DNA of 64,000 nucleotides from Candidatus Borrarchaeum weybense (GCA_019057385.1 JAHQJS010000006.1:900536-964535), one strand, 5' to 3'; shown: positions 51,259 through 63,600, counted from the stretch's first letter. The notes: generated by a model from the letters alone, not told the origin. Made by a program: numbers and translations.

Positions 51259-51721
51259 CTACAACAATTCCTCCTGTTGCGGTTATACCAAGTGGACTCG
51301 GTCCTAATTCTTTAATGTCATCTACCATTTCTCTCACTACCTTACCAAATTGTTCTCCCTCAGATGCAGATACCCATTCAAGGCGTAGACGTTTTTCATG
51401 CATACCCATTTTTCGCAGAAACTCTCTTAAGAGTAAATATTTTCTATAAGCTCTGTAATTGCCACCAATGTAGTGACAATCGCCTTCATGACATCCTGCA
51501 ATTAGAACCCCATCTGCACCATATCTGAATGCATTAAGGACAAGTTGAGGGTCTATCCTTCCAGTACACATCACTCGAACGATACGGATATTGGTTGGGT
51601 ATTGTACTCTGCTAGTACCCGCAAGGTCTGCTCCTGCGTATGAACACCAATTACAAAGGAATCCGATGATTTTTGGCTCAAAATCGATAGCTTCTTTTGG
51701 CATTTCTTGTACTTTTACCAT
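51236..51721 (-). CDS. mvhD: MvhD subunit
   Basis: FLCNWCSYAGAD, RVMCTGR, GCHEGDCHY. Confidence 0.93.
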   Translation of the reverse strand: MVKVQEMPKEAIDFEPKIIGFLCNWCSYAGADLAGTSRVQYPTNIRIVRVMCTGRIDPQLVLNAFRYGADGVLIAGCHEGDCHYIGGNYRAYRKYLLLREFLRKMGMHEKRLRLEWVSASEGEQFGKVVREMVDDIKELGPSPLGITATGGIVVDEGEIKI

Positions 51722-51724
51722 TTT

Positions 51725-53488
51725 TTATCCCTCCAATAATGCGGCTCGGACCATTGCGTCCAATTGTATATCTTTGAAGTTCAACATTGTAATCGCTCCA
51801 GATGGACAAGCAGAACCGCATGAACCACATCCTTTACATAAAGCCTCAATAACTTTAGATATTCTCTTTCCTTCAGGTTTGTCTTCAAAAACGATCGCAC
51901 TAAACTCACAAGAACCTTGACACACCCCGCAGCCCGTACAGTAGTCCTCATTTATTACGGAAATCGTGCTTTCAACTTCTACCGTGCCTTGAGCCATCGG
52001 GGAACATGCTTTAGCTGCTGCACCAAAGGCTTGAGAAACACTATCAGGCACATCTTTTGGTCCCTGTGTGCAGCCAGCTAAATAGACTCCGTCTGTAACA
52101 GAGTCAAGAGGAGCTAATTTGGGATGAAGTTCTTGGAAAAATCCATCTGCAGACATCGTTATGTGAAGTTTAGATGCAATATGAGCTGCAGAATCATCAG
52201 GAACCATACCTGTTGCTAAAACAACGAGATCAACGGGAATTTCTATATTCATTCCTGATAATGTGTCATAACTACGTACAGCTAAAGGATACTCGGAACC
52301 TTGAGTGACTGAAACTAATGGGATCTGATCCTCAGTATATCTGATCATTGTTGATCCTGCCTGACGGAAATCAGTAAAAAGTTCTTCATGACCTTTGCCA
52401 TGAGTTCTTAAATCTCTGTACAAAACGAAAATATCTGTATTTGGTTCCTTTTCAAGAATCTCCATACTTGTGGCTATCATGCCGGTGCAACAAACTCTAG
52501 AACAATATTTGTTCGGTTTTTTTCCTTCAGGAACGGTGTCTTCATTTTGTCGTGATCCAACGCAGGAAATGAATGCTATTGATCTTGGAGTTTTCCCCTC
52601 AGCTGGAGTTACAAGGTTGCCCTGAGTCGGACCATCATCCCTCAATAACTGATGCAATTCTAGTAATGTCAATACATTTGGGTGGTTGCCATAGGTAAAT
52701 TCGCCAGTAGGGTCGTATGGTTGGTAGCCAGTTGCGACTACGATTGTACCGAATTCAATTTCCTTTTCCTCGGCTTGTTCTCGAATGATAGCTCTGTAAT
52801 TTCCAATATAACCTTCTATATCTGCAATTTCAGCTGAAAGGTATGGAATAATGTTTGGATGTTCCATAACATCCTTTATTAAAGGATTCAATAATTCTTG
52901 GGGATCATCAAATGTAGGATATACTTTGTACAACTGTGCCATTTTTCCGCCAAAATTGGGGGTCTTTTCGACTAAATGGACCTTAAAGCCTCTATCTGCA
53001 ATATTCTTTGCGGCACTAAGCCCTGAAATTCCTCCTCCTATTACCAAAGCTTCACCTTTCACATCGACCATGTGTTGCGGTAGCGGCTCTAATAAGCGTG
53101 ATTTGGCTACTGCCATTCTTACTAGATCTTTAGCCTTTTCGGTAGCTTTTTCTGGTTGATTACTATGAACCCATGAGACATGCTCGCGAAGATTTGCCTG
53201 CTCAAAAAGATATTTATTAAGCCCTTTTTCCTCTATAACTTTCCTGAAGGTTGGCTCATGCATTCTAGGGCTACATGATGCTACCACAACTCTATTCAGT
53301 TTAAATTCATCGATATCTTCTTTGATCATAGTTTGTCCTCTATCAGAGCACATATAGAGCTGAGGTCGCGCTACTGCGACATTCGGCAGTTTTGATGCAT
53401 ATTCTGCCACTTCATCTACGTTTACTACACCACCAATGTTGATACCACAATTGCAGACATAAACACCAATTCTAGGTTCTTCTTCCAT
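51725..53488 (-). CDS. hdrA: HdrA-like flavoprotein (N-terminal domain + FAD domain + C-terminal ferredoxin; no inserted ferredoxin)
   Basis: GVYVCNCG, ASCSP, CVGSR, CSRVCC, CTGCGVC, CKGCGSC. Confidence 0.88.
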   Translation of the reverse strand: MEEEPRIGVYVCNCGINIGGVVNVDEVAEYASKLPNVAVARPQLYMCSDRGQTMIKEDIDEFKLNRVVVASCSPRMHEPTFRKVIEEKGLNKYLFEQANLREHVSWVHSNQPEKATEKAKDLVRMAVAKSRLLEPLPQHMVDVKGEALVIGGGISGLSAAKNIADRGFKVHLVEKTPNFGGKMAQLYKVYPTFDDPQELLNPLIKDVMEHPNIIPYLSAEIADIEGYIGNYRAIIREQAEEKEIEFGTIVVATGYQPYDPTGEFTYGNHPNVLTLLELHQLLRDDGPTQGNLVTPAEGKTPRSIAFISCVGSRQNEDTVPEGKKPNKYCSRVCCTGMIATSMEILEKEPNTDIFVLYRDLRTHGKGHEELFTDFRQAGSTMIRYTEDQIPLVSVTQGSEYPLAVRSYDTLSGMNIEIPVDLVVLATGMVPDDSAAHIASKLHITMSADGFFQELHPKLAPLDSVTDGVYLAGCTQGPKDVPDSVSQAFGAAAKACSPMAQGTVEVESTISVINEDYCTGCGVCQGSCEFSAIVFEDKPEGKRISKVIEALCKGCGSCGSACPSGAITMLNFKDIQLDAMVRAALLEG

Positions 53489-53500
53489 TTCTTTTTCCTC

Positions 53501-54781
53501 CTAAATTGCTTTTAAACTAGCCCGCATCGCTGCCGCACTCCCTTGTCCTACACTGTCTGGGATATCTTTCACTGATTCGCAGACACCTGCCATGTATACT
53601 CCCTCAATTTTTGTGTCAACGGGCAAGATACGTGATGCCTCCTCAAAGAAGCCGTACTGATCTGTAGGCAAATTTAGAATTTTACCGACTTCACTAGAGT
53701 TTTGTGATGGCACAAGACCTATAGAAAGAACTACCATATCGAATTCTTCTTGATTCAACTCTCCAGTTTCAGTATTTTCAACTCGCACAAGAAGGTTTTT
53801 TGTAGTTTCGTCCTCGACGATCTCCCCAACTTTTCCACGTACAAATTTTACACCAAATCTGGTTTGTGCGTTTTGATAAAACTCATCGAAGCCCTTTCCG
53901 AAGGCACGGACATCAATATAAAAGATCGTCGTGTCACATCCACCATGAATATGATCTTTGGCTAGAATCGCGTTTTTAATGGCATACATACAACAGACGC
54001 GACTACAATAAGGCATTCCGTGCTCGGGATCTCTTGATCCGACACACTGGAGGAAAGCAATTCTTCGCGGGATTTTTCCATCGGATAATCGGAATACATG
54101 GCCTCCTGCAGGTCCAGATGCTGATAAAAGGCGTTCAAATTCAAGGGAACTCAGTACGTTATCATAGACCCCATAACCATAGTACTTTAGATTTGTCGCA
54201 TCAAAAAGGTCATAACCAGTTGCCACAATAATAGATCCAACATTCACTTCTATTTCTTCGGGCTCTTGATCATATTTGACCGCCCCAGCTTCGCAGATCT
54301 TCTGACAGAGTTCGCATTCTATGCAAGCATCTTTGTCGATCGTATACACCAACGGTACGGCCTGCGGAAAAGGCACATATATAGCTTTTCGAACGCCGAT
54401 TCCTTCATCAAACTCACTAGGAACTTCTACTGGACAGTGAATCGCGCAATTTCCGCAGCCAGTGCATATATTTTCATCAATATATCTGGGCTTTTTCTCA
54501 ATTTTTGCAGTAAAATTGCCAGCAGTACCTGTAACTTCCTTTACTTCGCTATAGGTAAGCAGTTCGATGTGCGGGTGACGAGCAACATCGACCATCTTAG
54601 GAGTTAAAATACACGCAGAGCAGTCAAGGGTGGGAAATGTTTTGTCTAATTGAGCCATGTGCCCCCCGACGCTTGGTGATTTTTCAACAAGATATGTTTT
54701 AATTCCTTGATTTGCTACATCGATTGCAGCTTGTATTCCAGTAACGCCTGCACCTATAACTAAAACATTTTTTTCACTCAA
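53501..54781 (-). CDS. hdrA: Short HdrA-like flavoprotein (FAD domain + inserted ferredoxin only)
   Basis: [45 protein letters not shown]. Confidence 0.88.
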   Translation of the reverse strand: MSEKNVLVIGAGVTGIQAAIDVANQGIKTYLVEKSPSVGGHMAQLDKTFPTLDCSACILTPKMVDVARHPHIELLTYSEVKEVTGTAGNFTAKIEKKPRYIDENICTGCGNCAIHCPVEVPSEFDEGIGVRKAIYVPFPQAVPLVYTIDKDACIECELCQKICEAGAVKYDQEPEEIEVNVGSIIVATGYDLFDATNLKYYGYGVYDNVLSSLEFERLLSASGPAGGHVFRLSDGKIPRRIAFLQCVGSRDPEHGMPYCSRVCCMYAIKNAILAKDHIHGGCDTTIFYIDVRAFGKGFDEFYQNAQTRFGVKFVRGKVGEIVEDETTKNLLVRVENTETGELNQEEFDMVVLSIGLVPSQNSSEVGKILNLPTDQYGFFEEASRILPVDTKIEGVYMAGVCESVKDIPDSVGQGSAAAMRASLKAI

Positions 54782-54799
54782 CTTTTTCTCCTCCTTTAG

Positions 54800-57196
54800 T
54801 TATGCCCCCTCCATTCTTGGGACGGGGAAAATTGGCGTTAGTTTTTCAAGTTCCTCGACCATTTCTCTGATAGTATTGGCGAAACTTTCACCTTCGCTAG
54901 CAGAAATCCACTCTAATCTAAGTCGTCTAGGGTCTATTCTAGCTTGTTTTAGTGCGTGTTGTATAGCTACAAAACGTATCTTTGTCCTATAATTGCTAGT
55001 TGAATAATGACAATCTCCAAGATGGCACCCTGAAATGAGTACCCCATCGGCACCCAGCCTTAATGCTTCATATATGAAGGAGGGATCAACTCGCCCAGAA
55101 CACATCAACCGAATAATTCGGACATTGGTAGGATATTGAAATCTTGATATCCCCGCAAGATCTGCGCCACCATAACTGCACCAATTACACGTAAAGGCTA
55201 CGATAAGCGGTCTCTCTTTAACATCCATCAGTGCTGCTCTAATTTGTGCTAAAACTTGCTCATCTGTATAATGCTTCATATAGATAGCAAACTGAGGACA
55301 TGCCGCAGCACACGTTCCACAACCTTTGCAGATATCCTCAATTACTTTTGCTTTGTTCTCCTCAGTCATCTGGATTGCTCCATAGGAACATTCCAAAGTG
55401 CATAACTCACATCCAATACACAACTCTTCATCGACATTTGCCGTGATTGCCTCGATCTCGATTTTCCCTCTAGCCATGAGGCTAGCGGCAGCACTTGCAG
55501 CGGCTTTTCCTTGTGCAACACATTCAGGTATATCTTTTGGACCTTGAGCGCAACCTGCTAGGAACACACCATCTGTAAAGGTGTCAATAGGCCGCAATTT
55601 TGGATGTGCCTCAGCGAAAAAGCCGTCTGCTCCCAGTGATATATTTAATGTGTTCGCAATCTCTTTTGCATCGGATCCGGGAAGAAGTGCAGTCGCAAGG
55701 ACAACCATATCCAGTTCGAACTCTAATTGCTTTCCAACATAGAGATCTTCTGCACTTAATATGAGATTATCAGTTTCAGGGTCTTCTATTACTTCTGAGG
55801 CCCTTCCTTTGATGAAAACTATGCCCATATCCCTTGCTCGTCGATAAATTTCCTCAAAACCCTTACCAAATGCACGGATATCTATCGCGAAAATGTATAT
55901 CTCTGCATCAGGATATTTTTCTTTAATTTGAACCGCTTGTTTAATAGAAATCATACAACAGACGTTCGAACAATATCTATGATTTACCCTGTAATCTCGT
56001 GAGCCAACACACTGAATGAATCCAACTCGATGGGGAGTTTTGCCATCGGAGGGACGTACTAGATGTCCACGGGTGGGACCCGCGGCATTTTTAATCCGCT
56101 CAAATTCCATGTTTGTAACGACATTTTTATAGACGCCATACCCATATTCCCTCTTCGGTGTCGGATCGTATGATTCGTACCCTGTAGCTACAATAATTGT
56201 GCCCACATCAAGTTCAACTTCCTCTTCCTTTTGATTAAAATCTATCGCTTGCTTGGGACAAAACGTTTGGCATGTTCCACAGATTCCATAATTCAGGTGA
56301 AGGCAACTTTCTGGGTCGATCGTGTATTTAAGGGGAACTGCTTGAGGAAATGGCACATAGGCGGCACCACGCATCCCAAGGTTTACGTCAAATACGTTAG
56401 GTACACGAGCTGGGCAGATTTCCCCGCAATCTCCGCAACCATTACAAAGATCCATGTCAATGTAACGTGGTTTCTTTTTCACCTTAACCTTAAAGTTTCC
56501 TACGAATCCATCGACTTGGGCTACCTCAGAATACGTAAGAATTTCGATATTTGGATGATTTCCAGCATCAACCATCATCGGGGCAAGGATACATATTGAA
56601 CAGTCCAGCGTTGGGAATGTTTTATCCAACATTGCCATGTGGCCACCAATGGTCGGCGTCTTTTCAACAAGATATGTTTTAAATCCTTGCTTAGCAAGAT
56701 CGAGGGCTGTATTGATTCCTGTGATTCCTCCCCCGATAACTAAAGCTCTATCTATAATTGGAACTTCTTTCTTTGGCAAAGGTTTTAACAATGCAGCCCT
56801 CATGACTGCCATACGCACAAGATCTTTAGCTTTCTCTGTTGCCTTCTCAGGTTCGTACATATGAACCCAGGAAACATGTTCTCTTATGTTAGTCATTTCG
56901 AAGAGATACTTGTTGAGACCTGCTTCCTCTACCGTCCTCCGAAACGTTGGTTCATGCATTCGAGGACTACATGATGCAACGACAACCCTATTTAAATTGT
57001 ATTCTTTGATATGCTTCTTGATTTCTTCTTGACCAGGATCACTGCACGTATATTTGTTGTCTACAGACACAGTAACATTTGGCAACGTTGCCGCATAATT
57101 AGCAACGCTTTCTGAATCAACAACTCCACCAATATTAAGCCCACAGTGACAAACAAACACACCAATTCGAATTTCTTCTTCCATTTTATTAAACAA
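54800..57196 (-). CDS. hdrA: HdrA-MvhD fusion
   Basis: Full HdrA motif set followed by FTCNWCSY...GCHLGDCHY. Confidence 0.92.
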   Translation of the reverse strand: MFNKMEEEIRIGVFVCHCGLNIGGVVDSESVANYAATLPNVTVSVDNKYTCSDPGQEEIKKHIKEYNLNRVVVASCSPRMHEPTFRRTVEEAGLNKYLFEMTNIREHVSWVHMYEPEKATEKAKDLVRMAVMRAALLKPLPKKEVPIIDRALVIGGGITGINTALDLAKQGFKTYLVEKTPTIGGHMAMLDKTFPTLDCSICILAPMMVDAGNHPNIEILTYSEVAQVDGFVGNFKVKVKKKPRYIDMDLCNGCGDCGEICPARVPNVFDVNLGMRGAAYVPFPQAVPLKYTIDPESCLHLNYGICGTCQTFCPKQAIDFNQKEEEVELDVGTIIVATGYESYDPTPKREYGYGVYKNVVTNMEFERIKNAAGPTRGHLVRPSDGKTPHRVGFIQCVGSRDYRVNHRYCSNVCCMISIKQAVQIKEKYPDAEIYIFAIDIRAFGKGFEEIYRRARDMGIVFIKGRASEVIEDPETDNLILSAEDLYVGKQLEFELDMVVLATALLPGSDAKEIANTLNISLGADGFFAEAHPKLRPIDTFTDGVFLAGCAQGPKDIPECVAQGKAAASAAASLMARGKIEIEAITANVDEELCIGCELCTLECSYGAIQMTEENKAKVIEDICKGCGTCAAACPQFAIYMKHYTDEQVLAQIRAALMDVKERPLIVAFTCNWCSYGGADLAGISRFQYPTNVRIIRLMCSGRVDPSFIYEALRLGADGVLISGCHLGDCHYSTSNYRTKIRFVAIQHALKQARIDPRRLRLEWISASEGESFANTIREMVEELEKLTPIFPVPRMEGA

Positions 57197-57199
57197 CTC

Positions 57200-58081
57200 C
57201 TATCCGATCTTTTCAAGAACCTTGTCCAATTTGATCCGATGCTGGTTAAGACCCAATTCCTCAGCGCTCATTCCCATTCCAAGTCCAATAAGTTCGCTGT
57301 AAGTAAGTGTGGGGATATCGTATGATTCCTTAAATTTTCGTTCTATCATGAGTTGTCCTAGATCAAATTGTAAGAAACAAAGGGGACAAACCGTCACTAC
57401 GCAATCTACTTTAGCTTCTTGAAGTTCCATAAGCCGATGCCTTAGCATTCCATCCGTTACTTCATTGGAAACGTTTCGGAGCAGTCCACCGCAACACCTT
57501 AAACGATATTTGTAATAGACACTTTCGGCGCCTGTAGCCTCTATAAGATCGTCCAAGAAGAAATAACGCTCAGAATAGTCAATTCCAATAACTTCTATGG
57601 GTCTAAACAAATGGCAGCCTGGTCTAGCGCCGACACGCAGGGCATCAAGCGGTTTTACTATCGTGTTTCTGATCTTGTCGACGCCTACATCATCATTGTA
57701 GATTTCGGCTAAATGGCGAACTTTTACGGTGCCTTTGTATTCTTTGTCTACCTTAGCGAGAATTTCATTTACCTTTACCAAAGTTTCGGGCTCTTCGCTC
57801 AAGATAGCCGCTGTTCTATCAAGCCCTTCGAAGCATCCATTGCAAGGGGTGCACATCGTGTCTAATCCCATTTCTTCGACGACCGCAAGATTTCTTGCAC
57901 CGATACTGAGCGAGGTAAGATAATCAAGTGAAAGGATACCTACAGGTGCACAACAGGTCCACTCGCCATCTGGTTCGGTAAACTGAACATCTAGTTTTTC
58001 AGCAGTCCTTCTGAGCGAAACTTCATAACTTGGGACTCGCTCAGGAATAAGACATCCTGGAAATAAGGCAAACTCTTTCAT
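57200..58081 (-). CDS. hdrB: Heterodisulfide reductase subunit B (copy 2)
   Basis: FPGC, CCAP, CNGC, RPGCH, CCGG, CPLC..QFD. Confidence 0.9.
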   Translation of the reverse strand: MKEFALFPGCLIPERVPSYEVSLRRTAEKLDVQFTEPDGEWTCCAPVGILSLDYLTSLSIGARNLAVVEEMGLDTMCTPCNGCFEGLDRTAAILSEEPETLVKVNEILAKVDKEYKGTVKVRHLAEIYNDDVGVDKIRNTIVKPLDALRVGARPGCHLFRPIEVIGIDYSERYFFLDDLIEATGAESVYYKYRLRCCGGLLRNVSNEVTDGMLRHRLMELQEAKVDCVVTVCPLCFLQFDLGQLMIERKFKESYDIPTLTYSELIGLGMGMSAEELGLNQHRIKLDKVLEKIG

Positions 58082-58626
58082 TTTTCCTCCTCCTTTTTCC
58101 TGTAAACTAGATCATAGAAGCCTGTTGCTTCAACTATCTTCTGCAAATCCTCTAAAGCCCTTTTTGAAAGGCGTTTTAATCCCAATTCTTCTCTCTTTTT
58201 ATCCATCGAGGCAGTGGGATGTTGTACCCATCCAGTTTCGATCATGACTTTAGCTTGTTCTACTAAAGCTTTAGGAGCATGGCCTTCTCGAAATGCAATA
58301 TTGCGCAATGCTAAATTGACATCTGCTATGTTTACCTTCTGAGGGCAGCGATCTTCACATGCGTAACAAGTAGCACATAGCCAGATCAGGTCACCAGCTA
58401 ATATCTCGTCTCTAAGTCCCAAAATGGTTTTTCCGATGACCTCCCTCGGTTTATATATTTCTGTTACTAAGCCAACTGGACATCCACCACTACAAGCACC
58501 ACATTTGTAGCACGCGTTGAGATTCCTTCCAAGATACGTGTCAGAGACTTCATTTTTAAAGTTTGGATCAAGATCTTTAGAATGGATCGGCTCTCTAAGA
58601 GGAACTTCAATTTCACCTTTACTCAT
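58078..58626 (-). CDS. hdrC: Heterodisulfide reductase subunit C (copy 2)
   Basis: CYKCGACSGGCP, WLCATCYACEDRCP. Confidence 0.9.
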   Translation of the reverse strand: MSKGEIEVPLREPIHSKDLDPNFKNEVSDTYLGRNLNACYKCGACSGGCPVGLVTEIYKPREVIGKTILGLRDEILAGDLIWLCATCYACEDRCPQKVNIADVNLALRNIAFREGHAPKALVEQAKVMIETGWVQHPTASMDKKREELGLKRLSKRALEDLQKIVEATGFYDLVYRKKEEEK

Positions 58627-58647
58627 TTTTTTCTTCTCCTTTTTTCT

Positions 58648-59523
58648 TCATTCAGGTAAAAATTCTAATATCTTCTCGGCATTGACTTTATTTAAAGACA
58701 AACCAACTTCTTCCGCATCAATCCCCATGCTAAGCCCTAGAAGTTGGGTGTGCAAAAGCGCAGGTAGTTTGTATTTTGTTTGATAAACTTCTTCCGCTTC
58801 TAACTGCATGAGATCTAACATAAGATGACAATAAGGACATACTGTTACGGTGGCATCTGCCCCAACCTCGGAAATGTTCTTCAGTTTGTTATTGATGATC
58901 TTAACCGCAAGCGATTGCTCTGTGGCAATAACTGGAGCACCGCAACAATCGTATTTGTCACGGTAGTCAACCATTGTGGCTCCCGTAATAGCACAGAGAT
59001 CGTCTACAGATTGTGGAGCCTCTGGATCTTCAAATTGCAAAACCTCACTAGGTTTGAGAAGGTGGCAACCGTAATGTGCTGCGAGTTTTAAACCGTTAAA
59101 AGGTTTAGTAATCTGTTTCTTAATTGTTTTAAGACCAATGTCTTCAACAAATGAGTTTACTGAGTTAACAACGCGTATCTTGCCTTCAAATGCCATATCA
59201 AAATCAGCTAGGACTTCATTAACAGCATTTCTTTCAACTTCATGTTCCTTTAGATAAGCATTTGCTTTTGCTAAAGCAGATGTGCACCCTCCACATAAAC
59301 AGAGGAGATCTAGACCTTGTTCTTCTGCTAAGGCGAGAACTCTCCCCGATAAAGTAAGGTATGCAAGTTTATTAGCGGGCTCAACGTATAGCCCACAACA
59401 GTTCAATTGATCAAGATCTACTAAATCTACACCTAAATGATCCATGACTTTTCTGGTTGATGCTTCATACGCATTGAGACGATAAGGAATAGTACAGCCC
59501 GTATATAATGCATATTTAACCAT
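58648..59523 (-). CDS. hdrB: Heterodisulfide reductase subunit B (copy 1)
   Basis: YTGC, CCG, CGGC, HYGCH, CCG, CPYC. Confidence 0.9.
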   Translation of the reverse strand: MVKYALYTGCTIPYRLNAYEASTRKVMDHLGVDLVDLDQLNCCGLYVEPANKLAYLTLSGRVLALAEEQGLDLLCLCGGCTSALAKANAYLKEHEVERNAVNEVLADFDMAFEGKIRVVNSVNSFVEDIGLKTIKKQITKPFNGLKLAAHYGCHLLKPSEVLQFEDPEAPQSVDDLCAITGATMVDYRDKYDCCGAPVIATEQSLAVKIINNKLKNISEVGADATVTVCPYCHLMLDLMQLEAEEVYQTKYKLPALLHTQLLGLSMGIDAEEVGLSLNKVNAEKILEFLPE

Positions 59524-59525
59524 TC

Positions 59526-60104
59526 TTAACCCTCCTCTATATCTAACAATCGATTAAGACCTGTTTTTTCTGCAATCTTTCGAAAAACCATAGGTGACGC
59601 TTCTGGAATGTCAGGTAGTTCAAAATCCTCTCGTTCAAATTCCTGAACGTCTCCCATTTCATAAATCCAGCCAAATTGGTGGATTGCTTTGAGGAGTTCC
59701 TTTATTGCTTTAGGAAGCAATCCTTCCTGTGTTGCTCGATTTTTAAGCACAGTAAACACATCTGTGAGTTTAACACCTTGTGGGCAGCGCTCATTGCACG
59801 TATAACAGGTAACGCATCTCCATATATCCTCTGACTTTAAGATCTCTTTAAGACCTAATTGCACCATCCTTAGAATCTGTCTTGGTCTAAAGGTATCGAC
59901 GTTTCTACTGACAATGCAACTTCCTGTACAAAGTCCACATTGATAGCATAACTTTAGTACATCTCCCCCTGGCATGCTTAATAACTCGTTTTTAAAGTTT
60001 AGGTCAACCCTGCTTACAGAATCAGTTTTATTGTAGCCCAAATTCACCAACTCTTCCCTTTTTCTTCGCATCTTTTCGTTTAACAACGATTTCTTATACA
60101 TCAT
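59526..60104 (-). CDS. hdrC: Heterodisulfide reductase subunit C (copy 1; true start probably further downstream)
   Basis: CYQCGLCTGSC, WRCVTCYTCNERCP. Confidence 0.88.
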   Translation of the reverse strand: MMYKKSLLNEKMRRKREELVNLGYNKTDSVSRVDLNFKNELLSMPGGDVLKLCYQCGLCTGSCIVSRNVDTFRPRQILRMVQLGLKEILKSEDIWRCVTCYTCNERCPQGVKLTDVFTVLKNRATQEGLLPKAIKELLKAIHQFGWIYEMGDVQEFEREDFELPDIPEASPMVFRKIAEKTGLNRLLDIEEG

Positions 60105-60112
60105 TAATGATC

Positions 60113-60262
60113 TAAATCGTTAATGAACAAATATGACAAATTGATATAGGTTTCTAATACTTAAAGATTACTTGTTCTTTTAAGAACGATAATGAACAAT
60201 AATGACAGATACGAGAAGATCTCCTATTTTTCTAAGAATGATAATGAACAATAATGACAGAT
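60113..60262. repeat. Three ~30-bp direct repeats upstream of the hdr operon
   Basis: TAAGAAyGATAATGAACAATAATGACAGAT at 60181-60210 and 60233-60262; degenerate copy at 60113-60141. Confidence 0.75.
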
Positions 60263-60652
60263 TTTCAATTTATGGACACCTAAAAGAGTCAACATCGTCC
60301 TATGGAGAGTAACCAAATAGTTCTGCCAAAAGAAGAACCCTATTTTCTTAGGTCATTTCATAGCATTTTATTTGTTTAACTCTGCTTAATTGACTTGAGC
60401 AACAATTTTATTTTCAAATAAGGGATTTAATAAAAAGTACAACTTTAATTGTCAAAAATTGACATTATTTTCTTTCAAGGGGGTAGAATATGACTATATT
60501 GAGGGTTCATTCACGTATTAGGATTTTAGTCGGATTTAAATTAAGTTAGTAGTTAGTCAAAGGGTGAATTTCCAAATTGGTTTTTGAATTAATAAGATAT
60601 TTATAAGACCGTGTCGTGTTTATGATAATCATGGACGCGTAGCTGTTGCTTA

Positions 60653-63600
60653 ATGTCATCTAATATTCGAAAGGCATCATTAATTGCGTTGCAAGTATTT
60701 CTAGTGATCTTAGTGATCTCTCTAGCATTCAATTTTGCTTTTACACCAAAAATCACCACAGATTATTCGAATGATGGATCAACTCTCTCTCCTGAAGATT
60801 ACATTAATAGCCTTGATAATGGCGGCGGAGGTGGAGGTGGAGGTGGAGGCAGCACTCCAATTAATCCAAATAATCCTTCAGGGTCTGGAAATGACTTTGA
60901 TGTTATTGAGTATTTTGAAAGTACTACTTCTGATCAAGATATGAGAATTTACAACGATACTGGCTCTCCTGATATCGTAATAGAGGCTCCCTCACAATCT
61001 ACGGATTTAATTTACTACAATCTGACGATAGAACATACTTACGTTGAAAGCGAGCTTATCTGGCCAGATGACTGGATTGACCGATATCATTATGTAAACT
61101 TAGGTGCAGATCTCTTAGAAGTAAATAGTACAGAGATGGGTTACGCATATAGATTTAGTATTACTTCTGTGTACGGTGCTGTATTTATTGATTCTATCTC
61201 CTTAGGATTAATCAATCCTAATCAAACCGCTGGAACTGATTTCTTACTCTACATTTTGAAAGAGAATGTAACAAATGGTCTTCCAGATGCGTCTTCAAAT
61301 GCGACTTACACTGGAGTTATGTATTATCAACAATTTACAGCACCTCCAGAAGTATCGTGGGAGGAATATATTCCCGATGAAAAGTGGGTACTACCAAATG
61401 GGAATTATTACATTGGAATCACTTTATCTAATGAACCAGATCCACTACCAGCAGGTTTTTATGACTATCTTTACTGGCTGGCTTCTAATGATACATATGA
61501 TATACTTTCGGATGATGACCAACCAACTTATGTGACACTAAACCACACAAAAGGTGGTAACACTCAGTGGACTGAAATTGGTTTCGACTGTGCATTTATG
61601 TATCACCGTTCAGGAATAAGTGTTACGGAACATATTGGTATGCAGGTATTTTGTAATGACGAAATAAACGGCACATATATTCTATCTGAAAATGCTACAC
61701 GTTACGGGGCACCAGGTCCACTACCTCCATGGGAAGGCTTGGCCGTATGGAGTGTGAATGCAACAAATGATCCAATAGCACCAAGGGGCGATGGGACTTT
61801 TGACTTTGATATCATATATCAGGAACTACCTGATTTCATTCATACATTTATTGGTTACACACTCTATTGTGAGTTTAGCGATGGAACGGTTTACAGCGCC
61901 GATTCAACATATAGCGTAACAAGTGGAAATGATGTAGAATGGACTTTAGAGTATGAATTTGATATTCTAGATGATGACTTCAATGGGTCTCTAGAAATAA
62001 CTGACATTCCAAGTGATTGGACTATTACATCTGTAAAGGCTCCTGATAATAGCGAACACGCGTCAAATGTCACTTTGGACCTCAATGCTAATGGTCTCTA
62101 TAATCTTACTATTCCTTATAACATCTCACAAAGTGGTACATGGGAACTTCATTTCACTTCACCTAACTACGTAGATGAAGTTTACTCCCAAGAATATTCT
62201 GAAGCTGGTTATTTCAATCAAACAACTTTCTATTCAAGTGACGAAATGCGTGTTAACGCATATATTGAAAATCTAAGTGGATCGGTTGGGGGAGGAACTG
62301 CAACTTTAACGGTATTAAAACCAGATTCGACAGATGTGGCACACACAAAAACTTCTGGTGCAGATTCTAATGGTAGAATTACTTTTTCAGATTGGGAGGT
62401 TCCATATAACGAACCAACTGGGAATTATCGCTTGCAAGTTTTATGGAATAATGGTACTGAAGTTGGTTTTCTGGACACGATTGTTAAGATTAACAGTGAA
62501 TCTTTAGATGGAGGTGAATCTTCTCAAGAGAGCGGAGAAGCTAAGAACTATCTGACTGTTAATGCAGATTATGAAGGCATACTTGAACGTGGACATTCGT
62601 TGGATATCCAAATAAATGTTACGCGATGGGGAAATGTCGTTGAAGGATTTAATATCACGTTAAAATTCTTGGATGAGACTTATACTATAACTGTATACGA
62701 TGAAGTTGAGAGTAACGAATTACAGGTCAATCAAATGGGTGCTGTCAGTACATTTCAAAAAGGCTCATATTTTGATGTTACTGAAACTGAAGGAATCTAT
62801 GATATTCAAATAGAAACTGCAAATCTCACACCTGGTAGTTATACATTTGAAATTTATGCTTCTAAAGAGGGCTTTGAAGATACTGGGTCAGTTTTTGATT
62901 TTACAGTCGAAAGAATGTCTGTATCAACCTTCTTTGTTGCATACTCTCCGAAAGTTGTTACATTCAATCCCCTTCCCAGCCTTTCAGTGGCAATATTATC
63001 CATTGCTTTTATTATGGTAATTAATTCACTTTTGTTTTCACCAGTAGACGCTGAAAAATTTATTGATTTGTATGTCTATACAAATACTGGCTTAGGGATC
63101 GACCATGTATCATTCGGATCTTTTGAAACGGATGAAGCCCTGATGACCGGAGCGCTTGCAGGGATCTCTTCTCTGATTGCTGAAGCAACACAAACAAAAA
63201 CACCTCCTAAAGTAATTGAAAAAGAGGAATTCACAATCATAATTGAATATGGTGAATTTATTGCAGCGTCATTATTTGCAAAAGTGAAAGCTAGATCATT
63301 TGCTCATAGAAAGATAAGTCACGATCTTAGGATGTTAGTTAAAGACTTTGAAAGTGAAAATAAGGACGCTCTGGAACATTGGACGGGCGATCTTTCCAAA
63401 ATCGAACCTCTATCTAAATATATAATCTCAGGGTTTCGTTTAAAACCATCTATGTATTTAACGGACTTGAAATATGAATATGGAGTTCTAAACTACGAAA
63501 AAAAGAATTTATTTAATGCGTTTCTCTTGCTTGTTGACGCCTTTAAATCATATCTTGAAAACAAGAATATAGAGAAAGCAAATCAGGCATTTTTCCTTCT

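Noticed and set aside
60113-60262. Mini CRISPR array
   Set aside because: Only 2-3 units, unequal spacers (39 and 22 bp), no CRISPR-like repeat end and no cas genes
60821-60850. GGN trinucleotide repeat
   Set aside because: Encodes a Gly10 linker with mixed codons; not an independent element
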